From Vicugna vicugna (lineage: Eukaryota): DNA of 64,000 nucleotides. A program made the position numbers and the translations under genes. A model generated the notes under the pieces. It ran no database searches and had not been told where the DNA came from. It saw only the letters and a list, made by a program, of their open reading frames with translations. Shown here in pieces: positions 51,641 to 64,000 of the stretch (its first letter is position 1; each line of letters starts with the position of its first letter). The stretch is from assembly GCA_013265495.1 (NCBI GenBank), contig MU058384.1, positions 1,179,690 to 1,243,689 on the forward strand. Direction: 5' to 3'.

Positions 51641-53198
51641 AAATTAAAAAATAAAAATATATGACAATTAAATAAATTGAACTTTTCAAAAGCAAAAGTT
51701 GATATCAGCATACTACCTTGAAGATGTGGAGACCCATGACTGTCTTGGAAATGAGCAGCAAGGCAAAGGGAAGGGATGTTATATAGCATGAGGATTACGC
51801 AACACATGGGAAAGAATAGAAGCCTGGGTGAGGAGTATGGAACTGAGTTTCTGGTATCTCCTTTTTGTTTTAAACAAAGCTGATGATAGTAGCAACATCA
51901 CACAACTGTTGTGAATGAGAGCATGCATTTAACAGTGCTTTGTAAACAGAAATGTATTATATTATTCTCATAAACTGTCTCTTGCCATTGAAATCCTAAG
52001 AAAATTTTCCAAAAGATTAACTTCTCATTTATGTGTAATTCCTCACAAATAAGTTCTGCAAATATCTCTTTACCCCTTAACAGCTTTGTAAACTTAATAT
52101 AAAAATTTTAAATAGTAGAAGAAAAATCAGCAGTGACAAAGCTAATATATTTTTTCCTATAGTAAAGCCTTCATAAATATTCAGATTAGATATGCAGATC
52201 TTTAAGTATATACCAGATGAGTTCTCTATACTTTTTAGAGAAGCTATAATAACTTCAAAGCAGTAAGGGGAGGTAACAAAATATGCAAAGCTCTACCATA
52301 TAGACAGTTATGAAATATGTACTTATGAAAAGATCATCTCTCTCACTAAGGCACATGTATCCTATTAAGAAAAATCCTTTACAAGTGGTTTCTGTACATC
52401 TCGTTCTTATAAAGAAAAGGGGACTGCCATCACAGCCATCAAAAAACAGGATACTTCTTGTTTTATATATCATACAGATTTTGTGTGGTTCTGCTCTGCT
52501 CTTCAGTCTGAGAAATTCTCCAATACACAAAGTTTATCAGACACAGTAACAAGTTTAGGTCATTTCCCCTTTCTCCAAATTTAGCAACCAAAAATAAAAC
52601 TTGAAATATTTTAAAATGCTCATGTTTCAGTAAAAGTTAACTCTAGTTTTTCATACACAATTTCAAATTTGTACTGATTTTTCTCATCTCTATGTAGATT
52701 CTCACAACATTTGCCCAACTTTTCTTCTAAAATAAACTTTGGTTTTAATTATTCTTAAAAAATGTCAAACAAGACAAGTTCTAATGTCCACCAGGGTCTT
52801 GCAGAAACCCAAACGGGTATTTCCGTCTGCTATTTTACAACTTCAATTGAGGGTATGTGGGTGCTTTTTTAAGATTTTCATGCTTAGTCTTTATGTGTTG
52901 ATGAAATCAATACTGTTCTGCTATGTGATTTTTTAAAAAAAAATTACTGCTGACAAGTAAGCGTTTCATTCCCTCTCCTTTAAAATTGTCTCAAAATAAA
53001 CAAACAAATAATAACTGAAGAATAAGAAAAACACAGGAACAAACAGCTCTGACAAAAGACAGGTGGCAATAAAAGTTGCACATATCACTGTACTATGATT
53101 AGTTTGAGAGGCATAATGTTTATGAGCAAGAAACATATTTTTGCTACTGATCAAATTCAAATATTCTAGAGACTTGGAATTACAAACATTTGCTTCTC

Positions 53199-53217
53199 TG
53201 CCTGCCAGGGGGCAAAT
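53199..53217 (+). promoter_or_regulatory. CTCF-like motif (candidate)
   Basis: TGCCTGCCAGGGGGCAAAT matches the CCAGGGGGC core, with flank mismatches. Confidence 0.3.
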
Positions 53218-54774
53218 ACAGGCAGCAGCTAGAGAATAATTAGTAGAAATGTGATGCCAGGGAGTAACATCAAATATTATTAGTTAAAATGACAGAAATG
53301 CAAAATGTGAAACCTGCAAAATATGGTCAGCAAGGCAAAAATGGGAAAGATTTTGAAAAAGGTCAGATTGTGATTCAAAGAATTTTAATCTAGAAATAAT
53401 ATCTCTTAAAAATTATTACAACATATATCCACTGCTCCTTCACAGATCAGAATAAATTGCCCTTTTTCCTGTGATGGTGAATCATAATAATTTTACAATA
53501 TGGTCTAAAAATTCACTCAGGTAACAAATGATTTGAAATAATGAATTCTAGATTTCTTCCTTTGACCGTCAGTCACCTTGAAGATGAAAGTGAGAAAGCT
53601 GGTAGTCGTCTATTGTCTTCCCGATTCATAGCATCAGTATCTACACACAATGGGTGCTGAAGAAAGCAAACCGGCATCATCTTCCCAGGCTTTCTAGCAC
53701 TACAGAATTTCAAATTACATAATTGAAAGAGTGAATCCTTAAGATGATATTAGTCATTCATTTACATGATACTCTAACAGAAAGGAGATGTGAAATTCCT
53801 ACCTTCTCTAAAATTTCCTTCCTGCTTAACAAAACCTGTCACGGGTATGAATACTCTGGTTCAAACAGAAGTGTCTGAAAAGCTATGGAAATTTATTTCA
53901 TTCCCTGCAAGGGAATTAAAAGCCCTAGAAGTCTCCTCTAGCCTTATTTCATTAGTTTAAAGATGTAGATTAATGTAATAAATCAGCTAATTTTCATTTT
54001 AGTTCAACATTGACCCTAAAAATGAAAATCACAAAGCAAAGAAATGTTGATTAGAGACAGGAGTAATGAGGACCCTGGCAGACAGCAACAATTAATATGA
54101 CAGAATGAGAGACAAAAATGAGGGTGTCAAATGTGGTTAGGACTAGCTGTGAGTGGAACAGGGTGCGGGCATGGGGTAGGAGAGAGGGAACATCTCTTAC
54201 TTATTGAACAAGTTTTTACTGCCAGCACCGTAACATTTTGCCCTCCTCAAAGGCTATCTGAGTCTTGTTGAAGTGCCGCTCTGTAATAAGGAGAGGACTG
54301 CTAGTTTGTCTTTCCATTAAAGAGACCACAACTTATGGGGAAAAAAAAGAGATATACAGTCGACTTTTGCCCTTTATGACAAATACATCTTGAAACATCC
54401 ATAGTTTTCCACATTCATAAGCACTATTTTTAAAACTGATCTCATAAAATGCAATCAAGTTAACTGAAATTTTTAGGCAAGCTCTTCAAACTCTTAAAAG
54501 AGTCTAAGACTACCAAACTAATAAAATACAGTTTTTTTTATGACTAAAAACAATCACAAAGATTTTTTTTTCACTTTTCTCTACTCACTTATTCGCTAAC
54601 ATTATTTTTCTATCCCTATCCTTATGCCTGAGCTGGGTAACGTTAACAAAGAACCCTAGTGCCTAACACTTCAGGCAGCTATGGCAATGTTTTGAACAAG
54701 AAGAGGGAAAGAGAATCTTTGTGAAGCACATTCATGCCTCAGCAAAATGCAAATCATCTCAAGGACCGTCTTAC

Positions 54775-55329
54775 ATGGACATCTTGTAACTCGTGAAAAA
54801 TCAAACACATGTTGAATCTGTAAATGCCAGCCAACAGTCTACTTTACACAGATTATGAAACACTTTATGTAAACGTTGTTATTCTCACTTCCTATCTCTC
54901 TCCTCACTGGGGAATTGGAGAAACTGGCAGTTGATGAAGGTATCTTTTTTGGATCTTCACTTTTAACGGATGTCTCGTGCAATCTTCACCCATCAATTTT
55001 CCATGAAATAAGTATTGCTTTTGCCATAGTGTCAAATCTTCACTGGAGATAATTTTCAGTGCTTCATTCTTTCAGTCGCTTAATTGATCAAACTGATACT
55101 TTAAATATAGAGTCATCCCCTTTTATATTTCTAAGCCAGTTTTCTTTCACCGTAAGTGGCAGCTGACAAATCTTCCTTGGTAGGACGTATCTATTTGCAT
55201 GGCATTTCGGCTTTCTCATCATGATATGAACAATTTTTTATCAGCATCTCATACTTCTCTCCTCAGTACCACCATCTATCTAACATACTCCAAATTACAT
55301 TGTAAGAAGAGGTTTTCTGTAAGCCCTGG
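54775..55329 (-). other. Candidate non-coding exon / unique exon-like block
   Basis: Branch-like CTTAAC plus TTGTTCTCTTTTCCCCTGTAG acceptor, CAT|GTAAGA donor, three copies of GTGAAGAT and retained CpGs; stops in all frames read. Confidence 0.3.
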
Positions 55330-56509
55330 CTACAGGGGAAAAGAGAACAAGTTAAGTTCAAACTGGAGAAAGACCACCCTCAGCGAGCAGAAATTACTCG
55401 TTCTCTGATTGTTACCATCTGATACTTGAAAACCCTAACTCTGGTTGCAGTTGCCTAGTGTTTACTCTTTAATTATGTTAGGCTCATTATCATGCAGTCC
55501 AGAGTGGCACTAATGAGACCAGAAAACACAAACGAATTTGCAAGTAATGCCTGCATTTCAGTCTAATTAATGACTAATTTCCTACATCTAAAGGTGAAAG
55601 TAAGAGCAGAGTCTTTTCCTCTAACCTAGTGGGTCCTTATTGAGGAAATGCAGACTAATAAAGAAAAAGCCAGGATTTACACTTCCTGCTGCTTCTGGTC
55701 TGAGAGATGAGACGGGAGAGTCAGCATTGCAGGCCCACCCCTCCAGGCCAGCTACAGCCATCCTGAAGCTAGCTGGGTGGCCTGGGTCAAAAGAGGGGAA
55801 ACTTTCCCAGCTTAATTGGCTATAAGAAATAGAGATGATCCCCAAATGTCTGTAAGGCAAACTGCTTTTATGGCGAACCCTCCCTCAAAGGCTTCCTAGA
55901 GCTGAGAATGTAGGTAAGTCTCTTCTAGCACCTTCATCCCCTATCTTATCTCCACAGATTTCTTTGGTTTGTTGAGTAATTCTGGATCAGAAATGGGTTC
56001 ACTGAGAAACATCCAAGAAATACCAAATAATTGATGTTTTAATGCCATACACATTACTTATCAATTTTAATTTACTTTCAAGCAAAGTTCTATATACCAC
56101 GTATCCTAATGATGAGAGAGAAAAACTGCTGTCCATATTCCATCAGTAAAGAATTTGTTGGATTGACCCTGAAGAATACAATTTCTGCTTAAGTCACTCT
56201 TGACCATGGAGTAGCATTATATGATTAGCCTAAAAACCCAGCAGAATTTGTCACTATTCAAAGCATATTTTCCGGTTTTGGAATCCAAGTCATGGTTTTG
56301 GCCTCATAACATCCTGATTTAACAACTGAGTTAAGCTGCCCAGATCTCTATGTTCTCTTGCCTCAATCTCTAAATGTATAAATATTTATATTATGCCAAA
56401 TTTAGGGTCCACATTAGAAGTGTTCACATGGGCTTCTGATTCAAGTAGAAATACTGAGCCTGGTGTATAGCTCTATTTGTTTTACTTATTATCCTAAATA
56501 GTGTTTCTT

Positions 56510-56668
56510 TTGTTGCATGTCTATCACTTACACCTGAACCTTGACTTCACTGAGGACAGGATAGAGCCTTACTTATTTCTCTCTCTGTGGTTCATTATGG
56601 TCCAATAAGGCTTGTTAAGTGAATAATCATTGCCAATGAATGCTTGATGAATCAATGAATCAATGAAG
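56510..56668 (+). mobile_element. L2 3' end
   Basis: 'cactgaggacagg...caatgaatgcttgatgaatcaatgaatcaatgaa' terminal repeat. Confidence 0.72.
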
Positions 56669-58192
56669 ACAGTGCTGAAGAAATATCTTTCCCATAGAAT
56701 CCTCTCATGAACAGAGTACACAATTGCAAAACCAAATTAGTAGCTAACAGCTTGAACTATGTAAAACCAAGGAGCCTCTTTGAATAGAACAGCTTTTTAT
56801 TTGGAACAGCACTATAATAGTTAAATCCATTTTATCATAAGTATTTAATTATCCATTACTATTCACTCATTTAGGGAGGTGCTAATCTTGCTGATTGTAT
56901 TCCAATTAGAAAAGAGTTCAGACTTACGGAGGAAAATGGAGAGAAATTTGGGCTTTTAAGAAGTAACTAACATTTTGTACAACCACACAAACCTCTGAGC
57001 CCTATTAAAATCACTGATAAGCAATCTTGGAAAAACATTCTCCAGTAATGGCTAGCTGGGCTCTTGCAGCAAAGCAAATTGTTTTTTCTTGGCAAACTTC
57101 CCATAAGCAATAGGCAGCAAGAAACTGTTTGTTCTACACATACAAGTTCTCATGTGTATCTACAATTCTATTGCCAAATTTGGTTCTATCTCCAAAAGCC
57201 ACTTTAACTGCAAAGAAAATTGACAGAGATTTTACCAGGATGGCTAGTTGACCCTTAGCAGAGGCTCCAAGTCCATCAGAAATGAATTCCCATATGTTAC
57301 TGTGGTCAGTACGGAAAAATCACTCTGTCCATTTGGCTAAAGATTTCTACACGTTTTCTTTCCCTTTTCCCTGGCAAGAATCTTTGTTTAGTCAGGGACA
57401 TCAGGTTAGCATGTAACACACAGAATACATACTGCTTGCCCTTCACAAACTTAAAAAGTTATTAATATCAGATAGAAGGAAAAACAGAAAAAATGTGCAT
57501 TGATGCATTGTGACTGATCATTGGACTCGCAGTGGCCACACCATCTGGGCCAAGCTACAGAAAATCTGCAAAGATCACGAATTTGAAGCTATATTTTGGA
57601 CTAGAGACAGATATAGTCAAACCATTGGAATTTAACTAGACATTTCACAGAAACATGGATTCTATACAATAACTTGGCAGGAAAGAAGAGTATGAACACA
57701 TATAAGGAAGGTTCTATAAATATTCTTGAATAGCTCTCTGTGAATTACATACACACCCACACACATAGACACAATTTGGTAAGAAATGGCCTTCAGCTCT
57801 TTTGAATCACAAAGATAAGTTCTGGATTCTTTAACAAACAATCCTGTGTCTGATATTAAGCAAAATATGAACAAGTTTCTAGGAAACGCCTGTATCTTAA
57901 AACTGATTCCTTAGTCTATTTTATATAGAAAAGAGTAAGGCAACAGACAGAGAATAAAGGTTGGAGAATAGGTTAGAAAGCACGGGAGGGCTGCCATCAG
58001 GATCTACATAGCTGTTCAATTACACGGGTTTCCTGGGAGATCAACCAGATATGAAGTGTATGCAAGATTTGACAGTTTGTGTCAAGCTGCTATTTTCTTC
58101 TGACATCCATCAGCCTATACTACTCCACTTGTATATATATACCTCTGCTTTTCCTGTGTCAGAAATCATATGCAAGAAAAGAGCCTTTTCAA

Positions 58193-58195
58193 TAT

Positions 58196-58242
<47 letters not shown>

Positions 58243-58245
58243 TTT
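58193..58245 (+). repeat. (TATT)13 tetranucleotide microsatellite
   Basis: Perfect run, directly visible. Confidence 0.97.
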
Positions 58246-59870
58246 CTATTAAATGGAGGTTTATATGGTGATAAGGCTAGAAAAAATAAGAGCCAGATTG
58301 TCACTCTGTTTTCAATAATTCCTGCCAAGAAAAGGAGCAAATTAAAGTTCTGTTAGATTTTAAAAACTCTAAAGTTTCCTTTTCTGAGTCTCCACATTGT
58401 TTTACTTCTTTTATGACATTTTCTTGCAGTATTTTTAGTTACAGGGCTTGCAGATGAAAAAACAAAGCAAGACAGAAAACAGAAAGCATATTCAAAGGAA
58501 AAAAAGGGAGAATATCATTACTTTGAGATTAACGAGTCTAAGTAACAACAAAACATCCAGAGAAAATGCAGGTAAAAGTTTTACTGGTGACTTGTCTACA
58601 TGGTATATTTAACTATTTCCAGCTGTATGGGAGTTGGCAAATTCAATGTTTGAATGTTCAGCATTATAGAGACACAAGTTTTTTCTCTGTTAAAGGGAAT
58701 AGAAAAATTATATTGAATTATAATTGATTTTGAGACTCAAACTCTTAATTTCTACTTATTCCAGAATAACTGTTGTTGTCAATTCCTATCATTCTTATGT
58801 TATAAACTTGTGATAGAAACTGTCCATATTTAATGCCCTGAATTTATAGAATTTCTAAATATTAACTGCTATCCAAAGCAGTAGCTGGTAGAGCAGGTCA
58901 CTGTTACAATCTAGCTGTATTAGCAGTTTGTAAATGCAATACAATCAAATTTGGTATTGGAAGAAACTGTAGCTCTTTGAAATATGTCAGTAGTTAAGAG
59001 AGTGGAAGGGAAAAAAAACAAACAAACATTCCATGAGCTATATGCAGCAATAACCAATGCTTAAATGTGGAAAATTTCAAGGAATGAAGTCAAAGATGAG
59101 AAGTAAGAAAAGAAAGCGCTAAAATATCTTCAAAAGAAAAGTAAACTTCTATGGGAGACTAATAATGACTAACAGTCATAATTTGCAAAGAACAATGTCC
59201 TGCGTACCTAAATGACCCCACAGATTTAGCCCCTTTCACGGAAAGCGTAGCTGATTGCTAAATTTATTGCACTTTCTCTCCATGTGAACACTGATTCCAT
59301 TTTATAATGGAAGAGATACTAAAATAGGATTAGATGGTTGGATATGCACTTTGCAATAACACTAGACTAAAGATATTGCTGGACTCCTGAGTGGGGCGTG
59401 CTGCAAAAGTAGTCCTAGGGACCTTGGTTTTCAGGGACTCTGACTGCCACAGTGCTGCCAGCCTGCTTCCCATGTAGACCACGTAGACACTCCAGAATCT
59501 GGGCTTAGGATAAAATCAAGTAGATGATTAATGTCCTATTGTCAGAGTTGCCTCCACAGGACCCCTGTCCAAACCCAAGAGTGAGAAACCATAAGGACAA
59601 TTGAGAGCTGAGCTCCATGCCTAAGCCTTTGAATCAAAACTACTGAGGCTCCAGATAACACAACCTTCCTCAAAGACAACACTGACTCTTGACACAGTGT
59701 GTTCTTTGAGATCCCAGGTGGTCCCTATATAACCAAGGTTCCAAATAGGCAGGAGGAAGCCCAGTCTACTACTTCTGCCTATACAAGGAGCAAAACCATG
59801 GGTGTTATCAAAGTAACTGTTCTCTAAAAAAAAGAGAAAAACTCTGATAACCTTAGAGAAACCTGCTTTC

Positions 59871-60260
59871 TCCCCTAGTTTTGTTGAGGTATAATTGACA
59901 TATAGCACTGTAAAAGTTTAAAGTATGCAGCATAATGATTTCACTTGCATGTGTTGTGAAATAATGACCATAATAAGTTTAACATCCATGTCATACAAAC
60001 ACACACACACAACCAGAAAAAGAAAAAAAAAAGACTTTTTTCCCTTGTGATGAGAACTCATAGCATCTACTCTCTTAGTGACTTTCAAATATACCATACA
60101 GCAATGTTAACCATACTCATCACGCTGTGTATTACATCATTAGTACTTCTTTATCTTATAACTGGAAATTTCTACCTTTCAACCACCTTCACCTCATTCC
60201 CCCTTCCTCTACCCCCCTCCTCTGGTAACCACAGATCTGATGTTTTCTATTAGTCTGAGG
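59871..60260 (-). mobile_element. L1MA9-like 3' UTR fragment
   Basis: 'ttgaggtataattgacata...tgtgatgagaact...ctactctcttag..actttcaaatatac...tcttataactggaa.ttt.taccttt...ctctggtaaccac'. Candidate target duplication aaacctgctt / aaacctgttc (59859 / 60262). Confidence 0.9.
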
Positions 60261-60364
60261 TAAACCTGTTCTTGTAGCCCCTCTGCCTCACATTCTGGCT
60301 TCCTGGCTTGGTCCTGTGCACTTAATAGCATCACCTTAGACATTCAAGAGATAGATAGATAATT

Positions 60365-60595
60365 AACTAAGAGTAGAATTGGTTCTGGGTTCTGATCACC
60401 TGGCTTGAAATCCAGGTGAGTTTTTTTGACAGATTATCTCTGTAGATTTCAGTTTCTTCATCTGTATAATGGGGTAGAAACTGAATCTCTCTAATAGCAT
60501 TGTTATTAAGTTAATTTAGCTAATATTCATAAAGTTCTCAGCACTGTGTCAGAAATATAGCACATGCTTACTAAATCTTAGTAATTACTATTACT
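60365..60595 (+). mobile_element. MIR SINE
   Basis: 'tcagtttcttcatctgtataatggg...ctcagcactgtgtc...atagcacatgct..taaatcttag'. Confidence 0.85.
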
Positions 60596-62784
60596 AACCC
60601 CACATGGTGAGCCACTGAGAGTTTGGACATAAGCTGTCTTTGCCTTTCTCCCTTGTTCCCTGGTGAACTTAAATGAGTGGAACTGTCCGATTTGGGCCCT
60701 GGTTGCCTACATCTCTACTTTGGGGTCTCAAGCAATCAAACACACTCTAGAGGGCACAGTTATATCCCATTAGCATTCCACTCTAGTCTTACCATGTGAT
60801 CTCATTCATGGCCTTCTCTATTGTTTAGTTGCTCTAACTGTGAAGTAATTGGAGATCTTCTAAAAGTCCCCTAGAGCAAAAACAGATATACTGGTATCTG
60901 TACTTCCAAAACATCCTTAATTATAGTTTTGAAAATAATTTCCAAGCAATAATTTTGAAATCTAAGAGACTTCCAGTTACTGCTGTATATCATTATACAG
61001 CTCTCTAAATTCTAAGTAGCCTATCCTTCAGTGCCCAACTCACCATGTGTATAAAATTTCCAACTATTATGTCCACACTAAAAAAAGTTGGTAAGTGGAG
61101 ATACAGAATCAGCTTCATGTTTAAAATATCTAAACTAACCCTGCTGTAGGAAAAAGGTGACATATTAAGAACTGAGCGAAATTCTGCGGTTTCTGGAGTC
61201 CTGTTTCAATTGTGTAGTTTGCTCACAGTTCACACAAAAAGAAAAAATTAAAAAAGGTCATATGCAACTTAGCTAATATTCTAACAGGTATTATTTTAAC
61301 CTTGAACTTAGAAAAGCTTTGAAAGTTTTCATAGAATGGGATATAAATAGTTCATGGCTGGTATCACAAGTCTGTAAATAAAGTTCCCGGTTTTTTGAGC
61401 TTGTTCTGAAGAAAAAGAGTGGTTGACTGTGACCTCAGCAACATGCTTTCCCTGTAGACGTCTAAGAGCTGCAGGTCGACCCTTGTCAAGAGGAAGGGTT
61501 TGAAACTTAGCACACTTGGAATCATTATTAACGCTGGATATCAATCACCACTTGCAAGAAAAATGTCATCAGTAATATACACTGGAGAGCCTGCAGTTTA
61601 GAGCTTCTAGACAGCAAAACATACTAAAGAGCAAGTACATATATAAACAAAGAGTGCAACACTTCTTCAACATCCAGTGCAAGCACACATCTCCATTTTG
61701 TAGCTCAACCAATAAAAGAAAAATGGCACTTCTGTCATAAAAATTTTATCAAAAAACAGAAACTGGGGGCCTTCTTTTACCCACAACACCAAAATAGAAG
61801 AGACTGAGGAAGTGGAAGCTGATAGGGAGGAGGATAAGCAGGAAAAAAAATGTAGTTCTTTTTCTGAACTTACTGACCAGCTCTTCCATGGTAGAATCAC
61901 AAACATGTGTATTTAAATTTTGACAGGCTTACTAATAAACTAAACTAAAGTCAGCGGCAGCAAATAATCCTTAATGCAAAGATCAAATGTCCTAGAATCT
62001 CTTTTCAGCTCTTTTCCAGCCTGGCATGTTTGGGAATTGCATTGCCAGCTTAGGAAGAATGGGCCAGGAGAATTCATATTGTCTTCCATGAACTAAGAAT
62101 GCCTAGTGTCCCAGAAGAGTAGCTGTTGTTAGACGCAACATAAAATAAACCACAGAGTGAAAAATGAACTTCTTACTCCCTTTCTATACTTCAGCACCTA
62201 CAAGACAATACTTCTTTTTTCCTGAGTTACTTGACCAACATATTTTGGCTTTGTCCTCCCTTGATGACGTCTCCTTCCCTCTCCTGGAAAAGCCCAGGCC
62301 CCATGTCTGTTTTCTACAGCTAAGAAAATCCATTTCTTTCTTTATGGGAAACACACTTAGCAACTAACTCTGTGCTATAGATAGCATCTCCCAAGCAGTG
62401 AGAAGCTGTAAAGTTTAAGATTACCTGTTGATAAATGGAAAGGAGCAAGAGTGGTGTGAATGAGTAGGCCTGTTGTTTTTCCTATAATTGCTTCCCACAA
62501 TGGCTGAGTTGTGTGTATGTTAAAAAGAATGCTGCAAATTCTTGGGCATTTTTTTAAATATGAGAAGAGATCTATCAACTATTCTGAAGATACTAAAGTT
62601 AGCTAAAGGATACAAATACAGTAAAATCTTCCGAGAATGAGGCTTATTCATTTACAACAGAAAAGAACATCTCTATGGTAAGAAAGAGGCATTAGAACAC
62701 ACCTTTGCTAAGTGAGATCTCACATGTCGACAGGTAACCACACATGCCCACTCTGCTCTTTCTTCCCCTGAAGTGGTCACTGGA

Positions 62785-62850
62785 AGTTCTTTCCCTCCTC
62801 CCTCCCTCCTTCCATCTGTCTTCCTTCCTTTCCTCCTTTCTTTCTTGTCT
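62785..62850 (+). repeat. CT-rich low-complexity tract
   Basis: Polypyrimidine (CCT/CTT) run. Confidence 0.8.
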
Positions 62851-63789
62851 TTAGTCATGTTTGGAATTGTTTTCAGAATGTTTAGACTATTTTCCTCACA
62901 TTGTCACCAGCTCATTACCACAGAATTACACTTCACAAACAAGAGTGGGCTAGAGAGCCAACTTGGCTTAGCTGTGCCATCTAAGGGAATTATTAAAAGG
63001 ATGAGTTTATTTCTTTTTGAAAAGACAAGCACAATGTGATCCACGGGCAGGCAGGTCACTGTCCACTTCTCTCTTCAGTGTTGTCTGGTGGCCTTTTGCT
63101 CTCTGAGAGTCACTCACTGATGCACTGAATAGCAGCAGTGTCCTTTTTCCACTCAGAACCAAGATCCCATGTGCTTTGTTGCACAAACACATTCCTCACA
63201 GCTTTATTGTAATCGACTTTACAATTTCTGCTGTTGTTATGTGTACTAACAATGGGAAGTCTATATTTCACACTGTTGAATAAACACTGAACTTCACACA
63301 TGTGTGCATATACATACCTGCGAATAAAAATTAGCCAACACACACTTTTACATAAAAAATTTAAATGCAAATTTTATTTTATTGTAATATTAAGACAGTG
63401 TTGCTTAATTTAATAGTTGTTGAGGTTTATCTCATGGGTTTCTGAGGATGGCCTGAAGTCCAAAGCTGAAACTTTTATCTGCAAGAACACAAGATTGTTT
63501 TTACTCTAGACATGAGAAATATTCTCTAGTCACTACAGAAAATGTATGAAACTGAGACAAATAAATATAACCAATTTAAGAGAAAAATACTTTTTTTCAA
63601 AAATTGTTCTTTGTCCATTTGTAAGTCCTTTTCTGCTTTTACTCTGAGGCTCTCAACAAAACTCAATACTTGGTGAAATTTTACTGTTTTTGCTTAAACA
63701 CATTTCTCTTCATCAAAGTAATCCACAGTCATTATAACGACATAAAATACAGATAAATGTAAATAAGCTGAAAGTATCTTTTTATATTG

Positions 63790-64000
63790 TAAAGATTATG
63801 GAGAGTCCAACAAATTTGGACTCAAATTTCAGTATATCTGTTTTCTTACTCTGAACTGTGGGGAAATTATTAAATTATTTTGTTTCTCCATTTGTCAATT
63901 ATACAATAAGGACAATAATACCCATTTTTCCAAAATATTCTGTGTGAGATGAGCTAATACAAAACTATCTTCCATAGCATGTGGCACATAACTGCTAATA
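63790..64000 (+). mobile_element. MIR SINE (runs to the window end)
   Basis: 'tggagagtc..acaaatttgga.tcaaat...aaggacaataatacc...gtgagatgagctaatac...tagcatgtggcacata...gctaata'. Confidence 0.7.

Noticed and set aside
10175..55920. Isolated AG|GTAAGT donor matches (plus strand ~10180, ~11479, ~55914; minus strand ~38000)
   Set aside because: They occur on both strands with no partner acceptor or open frame; no gene model can be assembled.
58051..58356. 101-aa ORF with IYLF repeats
   Set aside because: Produced by the (TATT)n microsatellite.
1..64000. CRISPR arrays, operons, tRNA/rRNA/snRNA genes, processed pseudogenes, CpG-island promoter
   Set aside because: None recognised on either strand by eye. 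Very short exons or miRNA hairpins could have been missed without computation.

Overview
AT-rich, CpG-depleted placental-mammal genomic DNA, either deep intronic or gene desert. I find no protein-coding gene, structural RNA gene, CpG island or prokaryote-type system. About half the window is ancient repeat fossils: L2, MIR, L1MC/L1ME, MLT1 (MaLR) LTRs, and hAT elements (MER20, MER33, MER5, Zaphod-like). A few younger L1 3' ends have tails resembling camelid L1s as I recall them, and I see no Alu, B1, Bov-tA, PRE1 or Can-SINE, so a camel or alpaca source is a tentative inference. The only ORFs with recognisable protein are L1 ORF2p C-terminal remnants. The most notable non-repeat signals are a TCF/LEF plus octamer motif cluster (16.6-17.3 kb), a perfect DR1/ERRE element (41.4 kb), a 97-bp direct duplication (43.3/44.3 kb) and an exon-like 555-nt non-coding block on the minus strand (54.8-55.3 kb). 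A hAT fossil at 32.4-35.3 kb has its transposase dimerisation-domain remnant split by a nested L1. Repeat family calls come from remembered consensus sequences, not from a search, and boundaries are approximate. I cannot support a claim of a novel biological system.
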